A stretch of DNA of 64,000 bases from Thermoguttaceae bacterium. Its GTDB lineage: Bacteria > Planctomycetota > Planctomycetia > Pirellulales > Thermoguttaceae. The stretch is from the NCBI GenBank assembly GCA_017937485.1, contig JAGBDN010000007.1:14689-78688 (forward strand). Reading direction: 5' to 3'. The translations under genes were made by a program, and so were the position numbers. The first letter of the stretch is position 1; each line of letters starts with the position of its first letter. Under the pieces are notes generated by a model. That model ran no database searches, was not told the origin of the DNA, and worked only from the letters and a program-made list of their open reading frames with translations. Positions 47,425-56,800 of this stretch are shown here, one piece after another.

Positions 47425-48300
47425 CTAAGGCAAATCGGGGTCGAATCGGCGGTCTAAAAGGGCGTATTTCGCGCCCGCCGCGACGTTGTACGGGAGGAAC
47501 TCGACGCCGAGCGCCGACGGAACGCCGTCGACGAGCCGCTCGACCGCCGCGCGCTCCGCCGGGGAGTCGTTGACGCCGGGAATTAACGGCGTTCGGACGA
47601 CGAACGGACGACCGCTCGCGCAAAGTCGCCGCAGATTCGCCAAAATCGGCGCGGAGTCGACGCCGGTCCAACGCCGCGAACGCTCCGGGTCGAGAATCTT
47701 GACGTCGAAGTAAACTAAGTCGACGCAAGACGTTAGCGCGTCGAAGACTTCCGGCGACGCGAACCCGCAAGTTTCGAGCGCGACGTGAATTCCGGCGTCG
47801 CGCAACGACCGCGCCAGTTCGACGGCGAACTCCGGTTGGAAAAGCGGTTCGCCGCCGGTCAAGGTAACGCCGCCGCCGGAAAGCTCGAACAGGTCGCGTT
47901 GCCGCAAGAGCCGCTCGACGAGCGTCGGGACGTCCGTTTCCCAACCGCAAAGGTTCCGCGCGCCTTGCGGGCAAAGGTCGACGCAACGTCCGCAAGCGAC
48001 GCAAACGTCGCGACGGGAACGGCTTAACGCCGCGTCGCAAATTTTCTCGCAAGCGCCGCAACCCGAACAACGCGAACGGTTTAGCAAAAGCTCCGGCGTC
48101 GGCGCTTGACTCTCCGGATTATGACACCAACGGCAGCGGAGCGGGCAGCCTTTGAAAAAAACGCTCGTTCGAACGCCGGGGCCGTCGTGCAGCGCGAACT
48201 CGCGAACTTCGAAAATAAGGCCGCGAACCGGTCGAGGCGGGCGGTCGGACGCGGCGATTTCGGCGGAGTTGGCGGCGGATTTTCGGGAAAAATCGGACAT
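47425..48300 (-). CDS. Glycyl-radical enzyme activating enzyme (radical SAM)
   Basis: CPLRCRWCHN (CxxxCxxC, 48124-48147) plus two ferredoxin-like motifs, CSGCGACEKIC and CVACGRCVDLC. GGVTLTGGEP SAM motif. Confidence 0.9.
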   Translation of the reverse strand: MSDFSRKSAANSAEIAASDRPPRPVRGLIFEVREFALHDGPGVRTSVFFKGCPLRCRWCHNPESQAPTPELLLNRSRCSGCGACEKICDAALSRSRRDVCVACGRCVDLCPQGARNLCGWETDVPTLVERLLRQRDLFELSGGGVTLTGGEPLFQPEFAVELARSLRDAGIHVALETCGFASPEVFDALTSCVDLVYFDVKILDPERSRRWTGVDSAPILANLRRLCASGRPFVVRTPLIPGVNDSPAERAAVERLVDGVPSALGVEFLPYNVAAGAKYALLDRRFDPDLP

Positions 48301-48389
48301 TCGGCGAACGACGGGGAGCGAGAACGGCGGACGGGCGGGCGATTAAGCGTTGAATTGGGCGGTTTGGGGGAACGGGGAAGGATGCGGCG

Positions 48390-50507
48390 TTACGTCGGGA
48401 ACGTCGTTTCGGCGCGGCGGAGGATTTGATCTTGGTAAGGCCGGTCGAGTTCGACGAAGTAACCGCTCCAACCCCAAACGCGAACGATCAGGTTGCGATA
48501 TTTTTCCGGATTTTTTTGCGCGTCGAGAAGGCGGTCGCGGTTAACGGCGTTCAGTTGCATCTGCGCGCCTCCCCGTTTGACGAAAAATTGAACGAGCCGA
48601 GCGACCTTTTCGACGCCGTCGGCGAACGCGAAAACGGAGTCGTGCAGTTCGAGCGTCAACGGGCCGCCGTTGACGACGCGGGTTAAGTCCGGCTTGGCGA
48701 AGGACGCGACGACGCCGACCGGGCCGCGAATCGGAACGCCGAGCGACGGCGCGTAATTCGCCGGAAACGGCTCGCCGCGCCGCCGACCGTCCGGGGACGC
48801 CGGGAGTTCGTTCGCGTGCCAAAGGTAATACATCGCCGAACCGGTTCCGGGACGGAAGACGCCGCCGCGGCAGTTGCGCCGCCCTTCCCAAGAATCGGCG
48901 AAGTCGGCGAGAAGGCGAACCGCGAGCGCGTCCGGTTCCGGCTCGTCGTTTCCCATTTTCGGGAGGCGGCGGGCCCGGGCGAGGAGTTCGGCGGCTTCCG
49001 GGAAGCGCTCGGCGTCGAAATCGGCGTCGAGAATTTCGACGAAACGCGCCGGGCTAACGCGTTTTTCGTCGAAAACGAGCCGCTTGATCGCGAAAAGGGA
49101 GTCGACCGCCGGCGCGACGCCGGTTCCGTGTATTCCGAAATTGACATACTTGCCGCCGGACGCCGCGTCGCGAGCCGCTTCGACGCGACCGTCGCAAAGG
49201 AGCGAAACGAGCGGGCAAGGGAGAACGTCGAAACGTTCGAGCGACTCGGCGATTTCGTCGGCGCGGCGGAAAAGCTCCGCTCGGAAGAGCGCGAGGAAAG
49301 CGTCGAAGTCGTTGTTTTCCGCCGCTTGCGTCGCTTCCGGGGAACGGAGAACCGCGTCGACCGCCGCCGGGAAAGAGACCGCCGCGACGTTCGGAACGTC
49401 GCTCCCGACGCCGGGGATAACGAATTCCCAACAAGCGGCGACGGTGTAATCGCGGGCGTCGGCGAGGTCGTAACCGAGTTTCGTTAAGCCGGGGATAACG
49501 ACGTCGTCGTTGGCGTATTGCGGGAAGCCGAGTCCGAGGCGCGTCAGATCGGTCGCCTTTTTCAGCAAGTCGAACGACGTCGCCGACGAAACGCGGAGGT
49601 TAATTTTCGGGTCGATTAAGCGATTTTGGCCGCAAGCCTCTAAGGCGAGTTCCGTCAAGAGGTTCGACGCGTCGGCGCCGGTCGAATCGCACCCGCCGAG
49701 CATCAAACTTTGACCGTTGTCCCCTTGTTGGACGCCGACGTAAAGGTCGGAATCGCGGTTGAACGAGAGGAAAAATTCGGCGACCAACTCGCGCGCGCCG
49801 TCGCGGTCGAGCCGTCCGGCGGCGAGGTCGGCGTCCAAATACGGAGCGAAAATTTGGTCGAACCGCCCGACGCCGTTGTGATACGCGCCTTCGCACCAAA
49901 GGGAATAATGCAAAATTCGGAAAAATTGGAACGCTTCGAGGAGGGTTCGCGCTCCGCGGCGCGGAACTTGCGCGAGCGTTTCGGCGATTTCGGTCAGTCC
50001 GGCTTGCTCGGCGGCGGCGCGGTACGACTCGGCGAGACGGAGAATCGCGTCGACGCTTGCGAGAGTCGCGGTCAAAAAGTCGATTCCTTCGGCGTCGGAT
50101 TCGGTTTGCGCTTGTTCAAGTCGTTCGACGATTTCGGCGCGGCGAGCGTCGAGCCCGACGGCGATCGTCGCGGCGTAATTCGGACTGACGTTGAAAACGA
50201 CGCCCAACTCGTGTAAATACGCCGACTTGCGCAGCTCCGCCGTTTCCGCGTCGGAACAGCGCGGCGGGAGGTTGCGAACCGTTCGGGTTAGCGCGATTCG
50301 TTCGTCGGGGAGAAAAACGGGCGTCTTCGCTTCTTCGTCGAGGACGGCGATTAAGCCTTCGGCGGCGCGGGCGCAACGGGCGGTCGTTAGGTCGGCGCGG
50401 TTCGGGAGGGCGGCGTTCCAATCGACGTCGCGGCGGAAAGCGGCTTGTTTCTTGGCGACGATAAAGTCGCGCAGGGCGGTTAAACGTTCGCTAAGCGGGG
50501 CGGTCAT
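48390..50507 (-). CDS. Glycyl-radical enzyme, PFL2/eliminase-like, short form (705 aa), substrate unknown
   Basis: C-terminal glycyl motif IVRVWGWSGYFVEL (Gly codon 48471-48473). Thiyl loop TVAACWEFVIPG (Cys codon 49431-49433, Glu two residues later). Directly followed by a dedicated activase. Confidence 0.9.
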   Translation of the reverse strand: MTAPLSERLTALRDFIVAKKQAAFRRDVDWNAALPNRADLTTARCARAAEGLIAVLDEEAKTPVFLPDERIALTRTVRNLPPRCSDAETAELRKSAYLHELGVVFNVSPNYAATIAVGLDARRAEIVERLEQAQTESDAEGIDFLTATLASVDAILRLAESYRAAAEQAGLTEIAETLAQVPRRGARTLLEAFQFFRILHYSLWCEGAYHNGVGRFDQIFAPYLDADLAAGRLDRDGARELVAEFFLSFNRDSDLYVGVQQGDNGQSLMLGGCDSTGADASNLLTELALEACGQNRLIDPKINLRVSSATSFDLLKKATDLTRLGLGFPQYANDDVVIPGLTKLGYDLADARDYTVAACWEFVIPGVGSDVPNVAAVSFPAAVDAVLRSPEATQAAENNDFDAFLALFRAELFRRADEIAESLERFDVLPCPLVSLLCDGRVEAARDAASGGKYVNFGIHGTGVAPAVDSLFAIKRLVFDEKRVSPARFVEILDADFDAERFPEAAELLARARRLPKMGNDEPEPDALAVRLLADFADSWEGRRNCRGGVFRPGTGSAMYYLWHANELPASPDGRRRGEPFPANYAPSLGVPIRGPVGVVASFAKPDLTRVVNGGPLTLELHDSVFAFADGVEKVARLVQFFVKRGGAQMQLNAVNRDRLLDAQKNPEKYRNLIVRVWGWSGYFVELDRPYQDQILRRAETTFPT

Positions 50508-50666
50508 CGGCGGCTCTCTTGGGAAAAAAGGCTGAATGGGAAGATTGGGAAAACGGCGCGAAAAATTGGACGGGAAAACGGAGCGGAAATTTAGGGACGC
50601 GAAACGGCGGCGCCGCGACGGCGGGAAAGCGCGTCGCGGCGTTGTTAAACGGCTAAGTCGCGGGTT

Positions 50667-52088
50667 TTACGCGGCTTTGTCGGCTTTCGGCTTCCAACGC
50701 TCTTCGACGTTTTCGATCGTGCCGCCCTTCGTTTCCGGCATCAATTTCCAAGCGAAGAAGAACTGGAGCGCCGTCATCGACGCGAAGAAGTAAAACGCGT
50801 ATTGCCCGGACGTTTCGGCGATCATCGGGAACGTCCAGCTAACGGCGGCGCACATAAACCAGTGGGTGAAACTGCCGAGCGCTTGGCCCTTCGCCCGAAC
50901 GGCGTTCGGGAAAATTTCCGAGATAAAGACCCAAATGACCGCGCCTTGCGAGACGCCGAAAAAGGCGATGAAGCCCAAAATCGCCGGAACGACGATAAAG
51001 GAGTTCGCCGCGTCGCCGAGCCCGATTTGCCAAGCGGCCAAGAGGTGCATAATCGTCGTGCCGACGGCGCCGAACATCAGCAGGAAACGGCGGCCGAAAC
51101 GGTCGATTAAGAAGAGCGCGGCGATCGTCGCCAAAAGGTTGACCGCGCCGAGCCCGATCGTAACGCCGAGCGCGGCTTGCTTGCCGATGAACATTTCGAA
51201 AATGCGCGGCGCGTAATAGTTGATCGCGTTGATGCCGGAAACTTGGTTGAACATCGCGACGGCCCAAGCGAGGAAAATCGGCGTAAAGTAAGCCTTTTGG
51301 AAGAGCGGAACGTTTTGGCCGCCTTCGGCTTTCGCAAGGGACGCGGAGATTTCGCCGAGCGTCGTTTCGGGGGAAACGTCGCCGATGCGCGCGAGAACTT
51401 TCTTCGCTTCTTCCGGGCGACCGAAGCGGACGAGTTGGCGCGGGCTTTCCGGAATCGTGAAGAGGAGGAAGAAGAAGAGCGCCGCCGGGAACGCCTCGAC
51501 GCCGAGTTGGAGCCGCCAAATAATCGACTCGAACGGAAGCGGCGTCGACGTAAAGCAAGCCGCGAGGCTTTCGCAAGCGCCGCCGAGCGCGCCGTTCGGG
51601 TTGATTTGCGCGACGTAATAGTTCGAAATGTAAGAAACGAGAATGCCGAGAACGATATTCAATTGGTTCAGCGCGACCAAACGACCGCGCATCGGGCCCG
51701 GCGCCGATTCGACGATGTAAAGCGGAACGACGACCGACGAACCGCCGATCGCGAGACCGCCGAGCCAACGCATAAAGACGAGCGTCGCCCAGTTCGGCGC
51801 GAACGCGCAACCGACCGCCGAAACGAAGTAAAAGACCGCCATAACGATCAAAATCGGCTTGCGTCCAAAAACGTCGGTCGGACGGCCGATTCCGAACGCG
51901 CCGATAATCGTCCCGATCAGCGCGACCGCGACCGTGAAGCCGTGCCAAAAACCGTCCAAACCGTATTCGGTTTGAATCGCTTTTTCGCAGCCGGAAATGA
52001 CGCCGGAGTCGAAACCGAAGAGGAGACCGCCGAGCGCGGAAACGATAACGATGTAAAACAAGTAAGTGCGACCAACGGCGGACGACAT
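50667..52088 (-). CDS. MFS transporter, sugar porter family
   Basis: GGLLFGFDSGVISG, GRKPILIV, PESPRQL .. and 12 predicted TM segments. Start MSSAVGR at 52088. Confidence 0.9.
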   Translation of the reverse strand: MSSAVGRTYLFYIVIVSALGGLLFGFDSGVISGCEKAIQTEYGLDGFWHGFTVAVALIGTIIGAFGIGRPTDVFGRKPILIVMAVFYFVSAVGCAFAPNWATLVFMRWLGGLAIGGSSVVVPLYIVESAPGPMRGRLVALNQLNIVLGILVSYISNYYVAQINPNGALGGACESLAACFTSTPLPFESIIWRLQLGVEAFPAALFFFLLFTIPESPRQLVRFGRPEEAKKVLARIGDVSPETTLGEISASLAKAEGGQNVPLFQKAYFTPIFLAWAVAMFNQVSGINAINYYAPRIFEMFIGKQAALGVTIGLGAVNLLATIAALFLIDRFGRRFLLMFGAVGTTIMHLLAAWQIGLGDAANSFIVVPAILGFIAFFGVSQGAVIWVFISEIFPNAVRAKGQALGSFTHWFMCAAVSWTFPMIAETSGQYAFYFFASMTALQFFFAWKLMPETKGGTIENVEERWKPKADKAA

Positions 52089-52320
52089 AACGCAAACCTC
52101 GTAAAATAACGGATTAAAACGGGAGCGGTTGGGGAATAAAACTCTCGTCGCGGAAAAGAAAACGAAAACGGCGGTTCGCGGGCGGTCGGCGGTTGGGACG
52201 AGCGGCGCGAAACGGCGAAAGCGCAAGGACGTTGAAAACTCCTAATTTGCCCCGCTTGCCTAAACCGACGAAGCGTCGACAAAAACGCAAAAAAGCGAGC
52301 CCGACGAACGGAACTCGCTT

Positions 52321-52349
52321 ATTATAACGCGACTAAGGGGCGGCGTCAA
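52321..52349 (-). promoter_or_regulatory. Near-consensus sigma70 promoter (TTGACG-17-TATAAT) for the MFS/GRE operon
   Basis: Read on the minus strand. The -10 lies 233 nt upstream of the MFS ATG. A hairpin plus T-run follows immediately at 52281-52320. Confidence 0.55.
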
Positions 52350-52382
52350 ATTTTTTCTCGACAAAATCGTCGACGCGACGCA

Positions 52383-52425
52383 AGAAAAACGCGCCGACGC
52401 TTCGCGGTTGAAACGTCGGCGCGTT
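52383..52425 (-). terminator. Intrinsic terminator after the beta-propeller gene
   Basis: Stem AACGCGCCGACG / CGTCGGCGCGTT, followed by TTTTCTTG on the minus strand. Confidence 0.55.
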
Positions 52426-52466
52426 AAGTTCTGCGCTAATAAACGGTTAAGCGGGACGAGGCGCGA

Positions 52467-53684
52467 TTATTTTTTCGCGTCGGCTTTCTTGTATTGCGCT
52501 TTCAGGACGGCGTAATCGATTCCGGAGAGCGTCCCCGGCGGGTCGACCTTGCTGTTTTTGAGGCCCGGGAACGGCCAGTCGAAGTTCGCGAAAATCATCT
52601 TGTCGCCGAAACGGCAGGCTTCGCAAGGTTGGTCGAGGAGACCGTCCATCCCGTCGACGTCGCCGTTGATCAGAACGATTTGCGGGTCGACTTTTTGCCC
52701 CTTGGCGACCGGCGCGAACGCCCAAACGGCGTTGTTGCAAGAGTCGTTGATGAGAACGCGGTCGGCTTCCGCGTCGTAAAGCATTCCGTCGCAGCATTCG
52801 AGACGAACGCCCTTGAACGCGCCCGCGTCGACGCCGGTTTGCTTCGTCGCGTCGAAAACGACGACTTCTTGGTTGCGCGGGTACGTGCCGTCGGCGTTCG
52901 GGTAAACGGCGTAAACGAAGCCGTTGCCGAAGTTGCCGAACCAAACGACGCCGTTTTTGTCGACCGCCAAACCGTCCGCGCCGGTGTTGTCGCCGCGACC
53001 GAGCTTAACGACTTTCGGCGCCGCCAAGCAACGCGGATCGTCCGGAGTCGCCGAGATTTTGATCGGCGCGACGCCGTCGCGGCCCGCTTTCGTCGCTTCT
53101 TTAGCGTCGATCATGAAGAGACCGCCGGAACCGACGATTCCGTTCGTCCCGTCTTCGAGGTCGAAACAGGAGTCGGTGTAGAACATCTTGTCGCCGCTCC
53201 AAACGATTCCGTTCGCGAGCTTGCACCCTTCGACGACCGTTTGGATTTCGCCGGTCGCTTTGCCGTCTTTGAAAACGACGCGCAAAATGCGGGATTGGAA
53301 GTCTTTAGAGTGGAAATATTGGTTGTCGCAAACGTAAAGGTCGCCGTCCGGGCCGAAGTCGAGCCCCATCGGGCCGCATTGACCGGTCGACTTCAAAATC
53401 GGGTAGTCGAGAACCTTTTTAAAGGAACCGTCTTTCGCGACCGCGACGAGATAACCGCCCTGCGCCGAGTCGGCTTTCTTCATATCGGCGTCCATTCGCC
53501 CGAAGTTCGGGACGTTCAGATAAAGAACGTTCGGGTCGAAGTCGGCGACCGTCATTCCGTCCGGCGTGTAGTTGGCGGCGCCGAGGTCGGAGAAGAGGGT
53601 CGTTTTCGGTTCGGCGGCAAACGCGACGGCGCCGCAAAGGAGAACGCTCGTCGAAAGAGCGAGGGTCGTTTTCGAAATTTTCAT
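52467..53684 (-). CDS. Secreted beta-propeller protein (SMP-30/gluconolactonase/LRE-like or NHL-like)
   Basis: Signal peptide MKISKTTLALSTSVLLCGAVAFA. Repeated blade-like segments (PMGLDFGPDGDLYV, ANGIVWSGDKMFYTD, ADGLAVDKNGVVWFGN). The family call is moderate. Confidence 0.78.
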   Translation of the reverse strand: MKISKTTLALSTSVLLCGAVAFAAEPKTTLFSDLGAANYTPDGMTVADFDPNVLYLNVPNFGRMDADMKKADSAQGGYLVAVAKDGSFKKVLDYPILKSTGQCGPMGLDFGPDGDLYVCDNQYFHSKDFQSRILRVVFKDGKATGEIQTVVEGCKLANGIVWSGDKMFYTDSCFDLEDGTNGIVGSGGLFMIDAKEATKAGRDGVAPIKISATPDDPRCLAAPKVVKLGRGDNTGADGLAVDKNGVVWFGNFGNGFVYAVYPNADGTYPRNQEVVVFDATKQTGVDAGAFKGVRLECCDGMLYDAEADRVLINDSCNNAVWAFAPVAKGQKVDPQIVLINGDVDGMDGLLDQPCEACRFGDKMIFANFDWPFPGLKNSKVDPPGTLSGIDYAVLKAQYKKADAKK

Positions 53685-53856
53685 CTTAAACCTCGTGTAA
53701 ACGTTGAAACGTCGACGCTTCCGGAAAAGCGAAAAACGTCGGAAAAGCGTTTAAAGGGGAATGCGTCGGAGCGGAAAACGGCCCGCTCCGACGCGGTTTT
53801 TAGCGTTTTTTAACGATTTTGAACGTTTTTTAGCGGCGATTAACCGCGACGCCCCG

Positions 53857-56800
53857 TCATTCGAGCGTCGGAACGACGACTTCGCCGCGACGTTGCGCGT
53901 CGAGCGACTCCATCTCGTAAGCGCCGAAGAAGTCGCAGTTGTTGTCCATCCAAAGGGCGAGCGCGCGTTTTTCCTCGTCGGAAAGTTTGACGTCGTAGTG
54001 CCCTTCTTTCAGGACTTGCCAAAGTCGGGAGCGGTTGGCGCCGAATTGGCCCGGGAACGTGCGCGCCGGAGCGAAGCTGTTCCAAGCGCCGCCGTGCGTC
54101 GGTTGTTCCTTCATCGGCGCGCTCGGGTTGTTGTTCCCGTTGCCGGCGACGTAAACGTAAGGACGCAGGTTGAAATACGACGTCGTGAAGTATTGGCCTT
54201 CCGGACCGCGACCGAGTTCGAACGTTTCGCCGGCTTTCGCTTTTTCGGCGTGGCAGTCGACGCAATGACGGTCGAGAATCGGTTGCACTAAGCGCGGGAA
54301 ATTGAACGGGTTCGAACCGGGAACGTCCGGCTTGATTTGCGACGGCGCGCGTTGGAACGCGAGCGGCGCCGCGACGTCGGCGTTTTGCGCCGTGTTGTGG
54401 CGACCTTCGTGGCAGCCGAGGCAGGTCAGCGTTTCGCCCGGGTGAACGTAAGCGGCGCTTCGCATCGTTTGCACCGCGACGCCGTTTTCGTCCAACGCTT
54501 GGAAGTAGAACGGAACGCCGGTCGGCGCTTCGAAACGAACGCTCCCGTCTTCCTCGACCGGAACCGTGCCGAGAACCTTGCGGGCGCCGTTTTCGCCGGC
54601 GTAACCGATCCAAGGCTGGTTCGCGTTCCAAGTCGTTTTCGGGAGAACTTGGACGATTCGCAACTCCTTAATTTTCGTTCCTTCCGGGAACGGACGGTTC
54701 GTTTTGTAAACGTCGACGACGCCGATGGTCGCGGTTTTCGGCAACTCGGCGGGGATTTCGAAACGGTCTTTTTGCGCTTCCGGAATCCCGACGAGCGTTT
54801 GGTGCGGAACGACCGGCGGAACCGGGCGCGTCTCGACCGCTCGCGGCCATTGGCAGCTGATTTTCTCGTCGCGGTGCAGGAGAACCTTGTTCCCGAACGC
54901 GTCGAGGAGGTAAAGACCGTAACGGTTCCCTTCGCCCTTGGCCGAACCGCTGAACGCGTCGTAAACGACGAGGAAGAAGTCTTCGCTAAGCGGGTAAGGT
55001 TGACCGAAGTTGTGCGGCGGGCCGTGCGTGCCGATCTCCGCTTCCGGGAAGAGCTGTTCCGGCGTGATTCGTTGAATCGGCCCCATCGGGTCGCCGCCGT
55101 TTTCGTCGTCTTCGGCGGTCGGGTCGATCAAAATGACGGAGCCGAAGTTTTGCGTGTGGTGCCCGGACGCCGTCCCGGAGAGGAGAACGGAGTCGGGAAC
55201 TTGGTTCAACGTCGTTTCGAAGTGCGGGCGCGAACGTTCGTTTTCGGAGTAGTTCCCCTGAATCGCGCGAGCGTCGCGACCGTCCGGGAACGTAACCCAA
55301 GGATGGTGCGCTTGGTTGAAACCGCGGTCGACGTAATCCCAACGGGTGTAAACGATCATCCCGGCGGCGTCGATCGTCGGCGCCCATTCGTTCGTTTCGT
55401 GAACGCTAAGCGGAACAATGTCGCTTCCGTCGGCGTTCATCGAGTGGAGCGTGTAACTCGGGCAGGGGCGCGCGTGGCAGCGACCGTAACCGCCGCGACG
55501 TTCCGAGATAAAGACGATTCGACCGTTCGGCATAAGGTAAGGATCGAAGTCGTTCCAAGGGCCGTCGGTCAGTTGAATGAGGTCGGTTCCGTCGATATTG
55601 ACGCGGAAGAGGTGGTAGCAGTTGTCTTCCGTCCAAACGTAGGAGTGGCGTTGCGGCGACGTGTCCGCGGCGGCGAAGTAAATCGTTTTGCCGTCGTAAG
55701 TTAAGTGCGGCGAGAGGAAACCCCAGCTCGAGTCGAGCTTGCGCCCCTTCAAGCGACCGTTCGAAACGACCGCGTTTTCGAGGACGTTAACGACTTCCGG
55801 CTTCTCCGAAAAGGCGTTTTTGAGGACGTAAAGGCCGCCGCCCGGGCGCGCGTGGAAACCGAAGAACTGGTCGCACATATGGTTCCCTTGCTTCTCCGGC
55901 TCCGGATTGTAGTGACGCTTGATGAAGAGAATATCGTCGAACGTCAAGAGCGGGTTTTTGAGCGCGACGGAGCGGCGAATCTTAACCGCTTCGACGAAAA
56001 GGGTTTGGCGTTCCGCTTTTTGCTCGACCGGGGTCGCGTCGGCGCGTTTTTTGAGGTCGGCGAGCGTCGCGACGTCGGCGGCGAGTTCCTTTTCGTCGAG
56101 CGTTTCGAGGAGCGCTTCGACGAGACGGTCGATTCGGCGCAACGCGACGTCGAGCGGGTCGCGGTCGGTTTTGAGAATCGTCGAAGCCGGGTCGCGGGCG
56201 TCTTTGGCGACGTAATCGCTCGTCGGCCCGGCGGCGATTTGTCGCGTCAACGAAAGAAATTCGCGCGCCGCTTCGAGCGTTTGCGGGTCGGTGGTTTCGT
56301 CGTAAATTTTGCCGTCGGCGCCGACGAAGAGCGGGCGAACGATCGCGAGGTCGTCCGCGCCTTCCGCCGAAACTTCAAAGCGCGCGTCGCCGTAAACCGC
56401 GTGGTCGTGGGCGTAACCTTCCGTTCCGGTTTCGAGTTCGAGGAGAAGCGTCGACTTGCCGGTCAAGTCGAGTTCGCAAACTTTCGCCGCTTCTTTCCCC
56501 TTCATAAACCCGCTGCGCCAAACGAGTTGACCGTCGGCGAACGCGAGAAACTCCATATGGCCCTGACCGTTCGTTTCGTCGGCGATTCCGACTTCGGTAA
56601 TGAAGCGAACCGAGCCGGTTTCCGGGAGGCGAACGACGAGGCGGCCCGGCGAGTGCGAGCCGACGCCGCGTTCGAAGGTTTTTCCGGCGACGATCAGCGG
56701 GTTGCCGTCGACCGTTTTGCCGTCTTGGGCGGCTTTGTAACCGCATTCGACGGCGCTTAAGTCGAGGTCGTCGAGATAGACGGTCGTTTTACCGTCGTTG

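Noticed and set aside
47243-48070. N-terminal extensions of track ORFs (46382..48070, 19179..20153, 53857..57321, 58747..62151, 61338..62627, 50667..52226, 42254..43621, 35226..36365, 30368..30778)
   Set aside because: In each case the upstream part is Arg-rich, overlaps a neighbouring real gene or a promoter/terminator, and precedes an internal ATG. That ATG carries a signal peptide, an RBS or the start of the conserved domain.
46382-52088. Glycyl-radical microcompartment (GRM) locus
   Set aside because: No BMC-H/BMC-P shell proteins, aldehyde dehydrogenase or phosphotransacylase genes are present anywhere in the window.
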